Source of the DNA: Mobula hypostoma | Taxonomy: Eukaryota | Assembly (NCBI RefSeq): GCF_963921235.1 | Contig: NW_026948187.1 | Coordinates: 5,890,001 to 5,954,000 of the forward strand | Length of the DNA: 64,000 nucleotides | Direction of reading: 5' to 3' | Shown here: positions 54,701 to 63,988 of the stretch, one piece after another | Position numbering within the stretch: position 1 is the stretch's first letter | How the letters are laid out: each line of letters opens with the position of its first letter | Notes under the pieces: generated by a model | Told to the model about the DNA's origin: nothing | Database searches by the model: none | What the model saw: only the letters and a program-made list of their open reading frames with translations | Translations under genes and position numbers: made by a program

Positions 54701-57700
54701 AAGTATCCTGCCATTTACTTTGTACTCTGCCTTGGAGTTTGTCCTTCAAAAGTGTACCACCTCACACTTCCGCCACCTCCAACGGGATCCCACCACTAAG
54801 CATATCTTTCCCTCCCCGCCTCTCTCTGCATTCCGCAGGGATCGCTCCCTACACAACTCCCTTGTCCATTCGTCCCCCCGCCCCCCATCCCTCTCCACTG
54901 ATCTCCCTGCTGGCACTTATCCGTGTAAGCGGAACAAGTGCTACACATGCCCTTACACTTCCTCCCTTACCACCATTCAGGGCCCCAAACAGTCCTTCCA
55001 GGTGAGGCATCACTTCACCTGTGAGTCGACTGGGGTGATATACTGCGTCCGGTGCTCCCGATGTGGCCTTTTATATATTGGTGAGACCCGACGCAGACTG
55101 GGAGACCGCTTTGCTGAACATCTACGCTCTGTCCGCCAGAGAAAGCAGGATCTCCCAGTGGCCACACATTTTAATTCCACATGCCATTCCCATTCTGACA
55201 TGTCTATCCAATGCCTCCTCTACTGTAAAGATGAAGCCACACTCAGGTTGGAGGAACAACACCTTATATTCCGTCTGGGTAGCCTACAACCTGATGGCAT
55301 GAACATTGACTTCTCTAACTTCCGCTAGGCCCCACCTCCCCCTCGTACCCCATCTGTTACTCTTTTTAATGCACACATTCTTTCTCTCACTCTACTTTTT
55401 CTCCCTCTGTCCCTCTGAATATACCTCTTGCCCATCCTCTGTGTCACCCCCCCCCCCCGTCTTTCTTCCCGGACCTCCTGTCCCATGATCCTCTCGTATC
55501 CCCTTCTGCCTATCACCTGTCCAGCTCTCGGCTCCATCCCTCCCCCTCCTGTCTTCTCCTATCATTTTGCATCTCCCCCTCCCCCTCCAGCTTTCAAATC
55601 CCTTACTCACTCTTCCTTCAGTTAGTCCTGACGAAGGGTCTCGGCCTGAAACGTCGACTGCGCCTCTTCCTATAGATGCTGCCTGGCCTGCTGCGTTCAC
55701 CAGCAACTTTGGTGTATGTTGCTTGAATTTCCAGCATCTGCAGAATTCCTGTTGTTTGTGTTGTCCACCTCACACTTCTCCGGGTTGAACTCCATCTGCC
55801 ACTTCTCAGCCCACTTCTGCATCCTATCAATGTCTCTCTGCAATCTTTGAAAATCCTCTACACTATCTACAACACCGCCAACCTTTGTGTCGTCTGCAAA
55901 CTTGCCAACCCAGCCTTCTACCTCCACATCCAGGTCGTTAATAAAAATCAAGAAAAGTAGAGGTCCCAGAACAGATCCTTGTGGGACACCACTGGTCACA
56001 ATCCTCCAATCTGAATGTACTCCTTCCACCACCACCCTCTGCCTTCTGCACGCAAGCCAATTCTGAATCCACCTGTCCAAACTTCCCGGGATCCCATGCC
56101 TTCTGACTTTCTGAATAAGCCTACCATGTGGAGCCTTTCAAGTGACTTCCGGAAGTCAATATATATCACATCCACTGAACTACTCTCATCTATATGCCTG
56201 GTCACCCCATCAAAGAACTATATCAGGCTTGTTAAAAACGATCTGCCCTTCACAGAGCCATGCTGACTGTCTCTGATCAGACCATGCTTCTCTAAATGCC
56301 CAGAGATCCTAACTCTAAGAATCTTTTTCCAACAGCTTTCCCACCACAGACGTAAGGCTCACTAGTCTATAATTACCCTGGCTATCCCTACTGACTTTTT
56401 TGAACAAGGGGACAACATTTGCCTCCCTCCAATCCTCCGGTACCATTCACGTGGACAAGAGGACATAAAGATCCTAGCTCTGCCTCAGAGGGCAGTGGAG
56501 GCCAATTCTCTGGATTCTTTCAAGAAAGAGGTAGATCGATCTCTTAAAGTTAGCGGAGTCAAGGGATATGGGGAGAAGGCAGGAAAAGGTTACTGATTGT
56601 GGATGATCAGCCATTATCACAGTGAATAGCGGTGCTGACTCGAAGGGATGAATGGCCTAATCCTGTACCTATTGTCTGTTGTGCATTAGACCACCCATCG
56701 ACATTTGTATTCAGATCATTTGTATATATGACAAAAAGGAGACGTCCCAGTGGAATGTCATAGATACAGATCACATCATAGTAGTAAAAGAGGTAAAAGA
56801 ATAACAGAATGCAGAGTAAAGTGTCACAGTTACAGATAAAGTGCAGTGCAGGTGGATATGAATATTCAAGGGGACACGACGTAGTAGACGGTGATGTCTG
56901 GAGTGCATTATCGTCCTCGGGGACCGTTGCATAGTCTGATAAACGCGGGCAGAAACTGCCTTTGAGTCTGGCGAGGCTTGGTTTCGTATCTTCCCCCGAT
57001 GTGGGAGGGTATGGGTGGGGAGTGGGTGTCGTAAGAACATCGTCCAGGGTGAGTCGGAGTTTTTATTACGGTGACTGCTTCAGCGATGCAGCGGGAAGGG
57101 TGGATGGAGACCTTGGAGGTGAGGCTGCCTGATCTGCACGATTCAAGCTGACTGAGAACAAAGTGCCATAAATGACAGATTGTCACTTGCTGGAAAGAGG
57201 ACAATCAATGGAGCAGAGACACTTAAAACGTGTTAAATATCAGGAGCCGAGTAACAACCTTTTGTTACCCCGATGGCGGTCAGTCAGTGGCACAAGCTGC
57301 CAGAGGTAGTGGCCGAGGCAGATGCATTAGAAACTTGGACACTTGGGAGTATGACACGTGATCTCTTTAGTGTCGGTACTGTGAACTCTAACCTGTTCGT
57401 GCAGTGACTCGCAGTTCGCCGGGTCCCGAGGCAACGGGGGGATCCTCATCCTCATCGATGAGGGTTTCGTCTTTCCCAAAGTTCAGCTCTGAGTAGGTGG
57501 AGGTCAGCCGGTCTGGGGAAGAAAGAGGAGAGGATGAGAGAGAGATTTAGGAGGACAGACCAGTAAAGCATGGTGGAGGGGTGAGGACAGAGAAACGGAG
57601 CAGAGATGCGGGAAGATAGAGTGCGGAAAGAGACGGCTGAGTGGTAGGTATTGAAGGTGAGAGAGAGATGGAAGTGAGGGGGAAGAGTCGAGGAGCCAGA

Positions 57701-59470
57701 GCAGGAGAGTGAGGATGGAAAGGATGAATGGAGTGGGGAGAGATGAGTGAGCGGTTGGAGCGATGGGCGAGAAAATGGGATTGAATGGGGGAGAGAGAAC
57801 GGTGACAGAAAGGAGAAAGACGGAGAGAGGGAGGGAGAAAAGGGAGCGAGAGATGCGTAGGCGAGTGGCAGGGGTGAGAACATCAGCGAAGGAGAAGGTA
57901 AGGGAGTGGGATTGAGAGGGGGATTTGGGACGCTCAGGGGTGCGAGACAATTGGAGCGAAAGAGAAAGGGGACAGTTTAAAGATAAAGGGTTAAGAGGCA
58001 GTGGAGAGCGTGAGGGAGAGAGTGACGGGGTGAATACAGAGAGGAAGAGGGTGTGGATGGGGAGTTGCTCGGAAGATTGGGTCACAGGGAGATGGGGTGT
58101 ACGGGGAATTAGACAGAGATAGGAGGGAGCGAAAGTGGCGGGGAGAAGTGAGCGCAGTGATGGAAAGAGTGCGCGAGAAGAACGAGAGCGGTAGAGAGGG
58201 GCGATATGAAAGAGACTGTGGAAAAGGGGAGAGTGGTGAAAGAGAGTTAGATGGAGAGGAAATGGCAATGGAGACAGCGCGAAGCGTAGAAGGGTAGAAA
58301 CAGTGATAAGGGTAGGGAAAGGGGAGAGAGTGAGGGTAAGAGAAAGAATTAGTGGGCCAGAGAAGAAGAAAAGAAGGTGAGAGCGGATTAGCGTGTGAGA
58401 GATAGGGGGAGAAAGAAGGAGGCAGGGGGAAGAGAGTAGAAACGACGAGAGAGTAGGGTTAGAACACGAAGAGAGTTGTTCACATTTTATAGAGTTCCCT
58501 TTCCTCACTGCCTCTTTCTACTCTCCTCCCTCCTCGCCACCCCTCCCAAGGTGTTTCCTACTCACCGGCCATACCGCAACACTCCCTGCTCTCACTCCAC
58601 GCCCAACCCCCACCACACAGCGCCCCTCCTCAGTGCCCCCAATTTAACACCCTCTCACGGTTCTCCCACCACACCACAAATCCCGTGGCGTTCTCTGCAC
58701 TGACCCCACCCAGAGCAATCTGCTCATCCCTTTCCACAACCCTCCCTCTATGCTCTGCCTCACCCCGCCCCTTCCCAGAGCGCTCCCTCCTCACCGACCC
58801 TCCCATAGAGCTCGTATCTCACCGCCTCCCGCACGCATTGCTTCTGACTTATTCTCAAACAGAGAATCATTAGTGTCAACTGCACCCGTGCCACGAGGTT
58901 TCTCCACAGGAATGGACACATCAGATGAACAAAGTCAAACCAACAAAATGAAACTGACCTTCATCTGTCCGGGGAACGGAGAGGCATTTGATATTCGGTT
59001 CTGCGTACGATACATCAGGTTCAGCTGGGGACAGAAAAGTGAGAGTCTGAAACAGGGTGAGGCTCCCTCCACACTGCCCCGTCAGAAACTCCCGGGGTCA
59101 GACACAGAGTCAAGCTCACTCCATCCCGTTCCATTACCCACTCCCTGGGTCGGCAACAAAGTGAATCTCCCTCCACACCATCCCATCACAAAGACACGGG
59201 ATGAGACACAGAGTGAAGCTCCCTCCCCACCGTTCCATCACACACTCCCGGAGCCAGACACAAAGAGTCTCTCCATCCACCCCGTCCCATCACACACTCC
59301 AATTGTCAGACACTGAGTGTCGCTCCCTCCTCCCCGTCCCGTTACACACTCCAGGGGACAGAAAGAGATTGAAACTCTCTCCTTCCGTCACGGCCCCACT
59401 CACTTCTCGTTGGAAACCGTGAGTCTGGTTTGACGAGCTGAACATTCGCATAAGTCTGGCTGTCCTCCAT
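33502..59470 (-). CDS. Gene B: intact-looking type II TM C-type-lectin-like (NKC/KLR/CLEC-like) inhibitory receptor; join(59470-59404,59024-58959,57512-57393,48916-48797,47768-47652,46495-46259,35325-35183,34805-34741,33700-33502), 377 aa
   Basis: All nine exons have GT/AG boundaries and compatible phases; 67+66+120+120+117+237+143+65+199=1134 nt with no internal stop. Cytoplasmic / TM / neck / three-CTLD-exon layout is that of NK-complex genes. Motifs CSKDW..RCYY, LLEINSRDEA, YWIG, FICEK. Confidence 0.85.
34741..34805 (-). CDS. Gene B exon 8, CTLD exon 2 (SFVSHKLVHRNGAYWIGKCEDG)
   Basis: tttcacag acceptor, gtgaga donor, 65 nt, WIG motif; same size as paralog exon 22822-22886. Confidence 0.88.
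35183..35325 (-). CDS. Gene B exon 7, CTLD exon 1 (EHTCSKDWITNKDRCYYVSTFETSFYTAMRECSNRDARLLEINSRDEA)
   Basis: Classic CTLD N-terminal motif C-x3-W-x6-CYY...C...LLxI; AG/GT boundaries, 143 nt. Confidence 0.92.
35450..35720 (+). mobile_element. Penelope-like fragment
   Basis: HIF..LLLSAFRRDRYLGDSLV matches 54771-55328. Confidence 0.75.
35720..39042 (+). mobile_element. Near-full-length degenerate CR1 (ORF1 end plus ORF2 EN-RT)
   Basis: VISGLTPVP; ICETWL; VIAGDFSFP; KAFDKVPH; tttctatg tail. Confidence 0.92.
39075..39307. mobile_element. Tc1/mariner terminal remnant
   Basis: Reverse complement of the end, CAGTGCATTGCAAAAGTTTGGGCATCCC, resembles a Tc1 TIR. Confidence 0.55.
39308..40730 (-). repeat. 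Degenerate 52-bp minisatellite including a homogenised 49-bp variant (~39490-39790)
   Basis: aacagacac recurs at 39512, 39561, 39610, 39659. Confidence 0.85.
40935..41500 (+). mobile_element. Penelope-like element 3' part (GIY-YIG C-terminus plus pLTR tail)
   Basis: LPVATHFNS..LRLEEKHLIYRLGSLQPLGMNIEF. Confidence 0.85.
41381..41416 (+). ncRNA. Hammerhead ribozyme motif (degenerate stem II) in a Penelope pLTR
   Basis: AGTCCTGATGAAGGGATCCGCTCCGAAACGTCGAC. Confidence 0.55.
41505..44852 (+). mobile_element. CR1 ORF2 (degenerate) with a nested CR1 3' fragment at 41701-42312
   Basis: NARSIRNK endonuclease start; RPHLEYCVQF; two tttctatg tails. Confidence 0.9.
44855..46205 (-). repeat. Degenerate 52-bp minisatellite in the neck-CTLD intron of gene B
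   Basis: Visible array. Confidence 0.85.
46259..46495 (-). CDS. Gene B exon 6, coiled-coil neck/stalk
   Basis: 237 nt, phase 1-1, open; heptad-like Leu pattern, two Cys, N-glycosylation sequons NLS, NLS, NRT, NET. Confidence 0.88.
46520..47600 (-). repeat. Degenerate ~20-bp (CCGTGACACCGACAC-like) tandem repeat in the TM-neck intron; homologous arrays at 17590-17940 and 19305-19660 in paralog A
   Basis: Repeated gtgtcacggtg / caccgtgacac motifs in the same intron of both paralogs. Confidence 0.75.
47652..47768 (-). CDS. Gene B exon 5, transmembrane (AHEQEPKENIGNRPHRKIYLLCLVTSSLVVIVAGLSIH)
   Basis: ctctctacag acceptor, gtgagt donor, 117 nt; basic residues then an uncharged hydrophobic segment (type II anchor). 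Confidence 0.9.
47930..48720 (+). mobile_element. Old CR1 RT fragment
   Basis: Degenerate VRPPLEYGV.FWSP. Confidence 0.6.
48797..48916 (-). CDS. Gene B exon 4, ITIM exon copy 2 (GVTSTYSMLNLRKDEILIDDYEDPPITSAPAEMPVTAQG)
   Basis: Acceptor ctttcttcccag, donor gtcaga, 120 nt phase 1-1, ITIM STYSML; homologous to 57393-57512 including flanking intron. Confidence 0.8.
48968..53570 (+). mobile_element. Older CR1 ORF2 interrupted by a Penelope element (49095-49821) and a younger CR1 (49822-50992)
   Basis: Endonuclease sequence at 48968-49094 resumes at ~50993; ORF 49837-50796 is an open RT C-half (GVPQGSVLGP, KFADDTK). Confidence 0.88.
49739..49774 (+). ncRNA. Hammerhead ribozyme motif in a Penelope pLTR
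   Basis: AGACCTGACGAAGGGTTCCGGTCCGAAACGTCGACT. Confidence 0.55.
53598..53785 (+). mobile_element. tRNA-derived V-SINE (HE1-like)
   Basis: A-box-like gtaatggttagc, B-box ggattcaattcc, V-domain tgtacgttctccccgtgaccgcg...tttcctcccac. Confidence 0.75.
54771..55764 (+). mobile_element. Penelope-like element (open GIY-YIG endonuclease domain) with 14-bp TSD
   Basis: VIYCVRCSRCGLLYIGETRRRLGDRFAEH; TSD CCACCTCACACTTC at 54757-54770 and 55765-55778. Confidence 0.92.
55624..55659 (+). ncRNA. Minimal type I hammerhead ribozyme motif in a Penelope pLTR
   Basis: AGTC-CTGACGA-AGGGTCTCGGCCT-GAAAC-GTC-GACT; stem I AGTC/GACT, palindromic stem III. Confidence 0.7.
57393..57512 (-). CDS. Gene B exon 3, ITIM exon copy 1 (RLTSTYSELNFGKDETLIDEDEDPPVASGPGELRVTART)
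   Basis: Acceptor ctttcttccccag, donor gttaga, 120 nt phase 1-1, canonical ITIM STYSEL. Confidence 0.8.
57520..58470. repeat. GA-rich low-complexity intron (polypyrimidine on the gene B sense strand)
   Basis: Strong purine/pyrimidine strand bias. Confidence 0.8.
58959..59024 (-). CDS. Gene B exon 2 (EPDVSYAEPNIKCLSVPRTDE), degenerate ITIM VSYAEP
   Basis: Acceptor tctgtccccag, donor gtcagt, 66 nt, phase 1-1; same acceptor and EPDV start at 14267 in paralog A. Confidence 0.75.
59404..59470 (-). CDS. Gene B exon 1 (MEDSQTYANVQLVKPDSRFPTR)
   Basis: ATG at 59470, donor GTGAGT; same 67-nt length as paralogous exons at 11193 and 13375. Confidence 0.85.
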
Positions 59471-60830
59471 GCTGTCTCCGATTCTCGGCGTCTCTGAGCT
59501 CAGCGAGGGGATGTGACCGATATCAGAGGCAGCCCCTGTTGACAGCGGAGTCAGACCGACAGAAACAAACACCGGATGAGCAGCTGATAAAGAGAGGAGC
59601 CGAGAGCAGGGGAGGAAGTGCTGGGGAAGAGGGAGATTCAGGGTGTGAGAAGGGGTGGTCTGGAGCGATGGGAGTGGCCGGGGGTAGAGTAGTGAGACTG
59701 GGCAGATACAGAGGGAGGGGAGAGTGAGGGGAAGGTTAGGGCTTGGCGGAAAGAGAGACGTTGGATACAGGGGTCAGAAAGGGAGAGCGGAATGAAAGAA
59801 GGGGAGGGCGAGAAGTGGGAGAGAACGGGGAGAGAATTTAGAGTAGAGAGTGAGAAAACAGAGGGCGAGCTAACGGGGGAAAGCAGGAGAACGAGAAACG
59901 AAAAGGGAGGGGCGGAGGAAGAGGGAGGAGAGATACAGGGAAGGGGCGATTGTGGGGGAAGGAATAAGGAAGTTGGAAGGATATAGGAAGAGAAGGAAGG
60001 AGAGAGAATACAATGGAAAAAGGGGAAGAGTGGGGGAAAACGAGTGAAGAGGGAGGGAGAGACGGACGGGTATGTTGTCTCTCACGCAGAGCCTTTATTG
60101 TCGGAGAGATTTACAACGAACACCAGCCCCCTCTCCCGCTAACCCCAACCTCCAGGTGATTCCTGGTTTGAGTGTCAGCGCTCCCATTGCTCTGCTTATC
60201 GCTGGGGCTTCAGACCGTCTGTGCTCTGGAAACCACGGCCCCGGGACAAACACGCTACACCCACCGAAGTAAGCGAGCCCCCTCCCTCCGAGAATACGTC
60301 AGAGCAATAGATTGCCATTTTAGATTGTGTAACACTTATGAAAGAAAGCGGACATTTAGATCTTGAAGGTCACAGGAAACCAGCGCAGGCTGATCGGTAT
60401 CTGCAGTTTGAATCTCTTCACCCATTGGAGGATAAGCCGGGGGTTGTCAGTGTCAGTGTTTCAGAGAAGTATTGAAAGCTTGCTGCTGCACTGAGTGAGC
60501 TAAATACACAGCTAGAAATAAAAATAGCAAGGACCTCAGCCCAACAGACAGAGTTCAGGAGCTATCTCAAAAACCCTCCATCACTTCCTGTCTGTAATTT
60601 TCTCTCTCTGCGTCCCTCACTCTCCCCTCACTATCTCTCTATTTCTCTCCCAGGAATACCTCCAACCCGCTTCAATTTCGCTACTCTCTGCAACTCTCTC
60701 ATTTTCCTCTTACCCCGCTCCCTCCTCTGCCGTTCTATCTCACTGCTCTCCTCACGAAGACTTCTTTTTATTCTCCCCACGCTTTCTACCCTACGAGAGA
60801 GAGTCAACGTACCTTGTTCCTATTTTCCAG

Positions 60831-60903
60831 CAGGCGATGCGGCGAAACAGCATTTTTACACTCTGATTCAAAGCGTCTGGAAATAAATTCAGAAGTGGAA
60901 GAG
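60831..60903 (+). pseudogene. Orphan degenerate CTLD exon 1 remnant
   Basis: Acceptor cttgttcctattttccag as in A/B; residual HSDSKRLEINSEVEE; internal deletion and donor mutated to ttatgt. Confidence 0.65.
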
Positions 60904-60949
60904 TTATGTGTCAGATACACAGAAGATATATCCACACCGGACTGAATAT

Positions 60950-62740
60950 CCATCCACGCTCTCCCATCACACACTCCCTTGATCAAACACAGAGTGAATC
61001 TCCCTCCACAAAGCCCCATCACACACTCCCGTGATCAAACACAGAATGGAATTCGCTCCACACCGTCCTAGCACACACGCCCGGGGTCAGACACAGAGTG
61101 AAACTCCCTCCACACCGTCCCATCACACACTCCCTTGATCAAACACAGAGTGAAATTCCCTCCACGCCGTCCCAGCACACACTCCCGGGGTCAGACACAG
61201 AGTGAATCTCCATCCACACCCTCCTATCACAAGCTACCGGGGTCAGAGACAGAGAGAATCTCCTTCCACGCCGTCCCATCACACACTCCCGTGATCAGAT
61301 GCAGAGTGAAACTCACTCCACACCGGCCCATCACAGACTCCGAGGGTCAGACACAACGTGATAAACCCTCCACACCGTCCCAGCACAGAGGCTCGTGAAC
61401 AAACACAGAGTGAAGCTCCCTCCACACTGTCCCGTCACACACGCCCGGTGTCAGACACATGGTGAAGCCCCCTCCACACCGTTCCAGAACACACTCCCGT
61501 GATCAAACTCAGAGTGAAACTCCCTCCACACCGTCCCAGCACACACGCCCGGGGTCGGACATAGAGTAAATCTCCATCCACACTGTCCCATCACAAACTA
61601 CCGAAGTCAGAAACAGAGTGAAACTCCCTCCACGCCGTCCCATCACACACTCCCGTGATCAGACGCAGAGTGAAACTCCCTCCACACCGTCCCATCACAC
61701 ACTCCGAGGGTCAGACACAAAGTGATAAACCATCCACACCATCTCAGCACAGACACTCTTGAACAAACACAGAGTGAAGCTCCCTCCACACCGTCCCGTC
61801 ACACACGCCCAGTGTCAGACACATGGTGAAGCCCCCTCCACACCGTTGGTGTCAGATCTGCTGTCTTTCACCCGATATCGATCTCTCATTTCTCAGCTTC
61901 TCTGCGTCTCTGTGTGCACAGGATTATCGTGTGGTTTCACATCACTTCCTCCCAGTGCTGCAAACCCACCACCTCTTCACAGCCCTACGTCTCCTCCTGC
62001 TCCCTCCACAGTTCTACATTTGATCACAAACACAGATTATCTCTGAGACAGGCACACAATTAGAGACTACAGGGACGCTGAAGTGATGCTGAGTGCTGGG
62101 GAGGGAGAGAGGGAGTAAAGAGGGAGATAGGTTCTGTTTCTGAATCTGTTGGTGTATAATGGGACTGTCAGGAGGGAGCTTCACTCTGTAACACCCACAA
62201 CACGCTGGGGGAACTCAGCAATTCGGGCAGCATCCGTGGAACGGTCAGTCAACCTTTCGGGCCGGAACCCTTCCAGCGAGTTCCTCCAGCGTGTTGTAAG
62301 TGTCGTTTTCACCGCAGCATTTGCAGATTATTTTGTGTTTAAACTTTACGGTGTGTCTGACTCCGGGTGTTTGTGATAAGACGGTGCGCGGGAGTTTTTC
62401 TCTGTTTCGGACCCTGTGGAATCTGTGATCGGACGGTGTAGTGAGAGTTTCACTCTGTGTCTGACCCCGGGAGTGTGTGATGGGACGCTGTGGAGAGAGA
62501 TTCACTCTGCGTCTGACCCCGGGAGTGTGTGATGGGACGGTGTGGTGGGAGATTCACTCTGTGTCTGACATTGGAGTGTGTGATGGGACGGTGTGGAGAG
62601 AGATTCACTCTGTGTCTGACCACGGGAGTGTGTGATGGGACGGTGTGGAGGGAGATTCACTCTGTGTCTGACCACGGGAGTGTGTGATGGGACGGTGTGG
62701 AGGGAGATTCACTCTGTGTCTGACCCCGGGAGTGTGTGAT
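60950..62740. repeat. Inverted 52-bp minisatellite arms (60950-61845 C-rich; 62350-62740 G-rich)
   Basis: Visible arrays. Confidence 0.9.
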
Positions 62741-63988
62741 TTCAGTGTGTCAGTGTTCAGGCGAGCTGGAGAGAGTAGCGAAATTGAAGCCGGTTGGAGG
62801 CATTAATGGGAAACAAATAGAGAGATAGTGAGGGGAGAGTCAGGGACGCAGAGAGAGAAAATAATTGACAGAAGCTGATGGAGAGATTTCGAGAGAGCTC
62901 CTGAACTCTGTCTGTTGGGCTGAGGTCCCTGCTATTTTTATTTCTTGCTGTGTATATAGCTCAGTCAGTGCAGTAGCAAGCTTTCAATACTTCTCTGAAA
63001 CAGTGACACTGACAACCCCCGGCTTATCCTCCAATGGGTGAAGAGATTCAAACCGCAGATACCGATCAGCCTGCGCTGGTTTCCTGTGACCTTCAATATC
63101 TCAATGTATGATTTCTTTCATAAGTGTTACACAATCTAAAATGGCAATCTATTGCTCTGACGTATTCTCGGGGGCGGGGGGGTGCTCTTGCTAACTTAGG
63201 TGGGTGTAGCGTGTTTGTCCCGGGGCCGTGGTTTCTAGAGCACAGAGGATCTGAAGCCCCAGCGATAAGCAGAGCAATGGGAGCGCTAACACTCAAACCA
63301 GGAATCACCTGGTTGGGGTTCGTGGGAGAGGGGGCTGGTGTTCGTTGTAAATCTCTCCGACAATAAAGGCTCTGCGTGAGAGACAACATACCCGTCCGTC
63401 TCTACCTCCCTCTTCACTCGTTTTCCCCCACTCTTCCCCTTCTTCCGTTCTTTTCTCTCCCCTTTCTTCTCTTCCTATATGCTTCCAACTTCCACATCCC
63501 TTCTCCCTCAATCGTCCCTTCCCTGCATCTCCCCTCCCTCTTCCTCCGCCCGTATCTTTTCGTTTCTCTTTCTCCTGCTTTCCTCCTTTAGCTCGCCCTC
63601 TGTTTACTCACTCGCTACTCTAAATTCTCTCCCCATTCTCTCCCACGTCTCGCCCTCCCTTCTTTCATTTCGCTCCCCCTTTCTGACCCCTGTATCCCAC
63701 GTCTCTCATTCCGCCAAGCCCTATCCTCCCCCCACTCTCCCCTCCCTCTGTATCTCCCTACTCTCACTACTCTTCCCCCGGCCACTCTCATCGCTCCAGA
63801 CCACCCCTTCTCACACCCTGAATCTCCCTGTTCCCCAGCATTTCCTCCCCTGCTCTCGGCTCCTCTCTTTATCAGCTGCTCATCCGGTGTTTGTTTCTGT
63901 CGGTCTGACTCCGCTGTCAACACGGGCTTCCTCTGACAACGGTCACATCCCCTCGCTGAGCTCAGAGACGCCGAGAATCGGAGACAGC

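Larger units (their letters stand above)
53996..56470 (-). mobile_element. 5'-truncated CR1 interrupted by a Penelope insertion
   Basis: ORFs 55697-56080 and 54242-54694 are contiguous RT pieces; (TTCTATG)n tail at ~54000. Confidence 0.92.

Noticed and set aside
57504-58508. 334-aa Leu/Ser/Pro-rich ORF (also 10532-11164, 12538-13029, 32861-33364)
   Set aside because: Stop-poor CT-rich low-complexity intronic or UTR sequence
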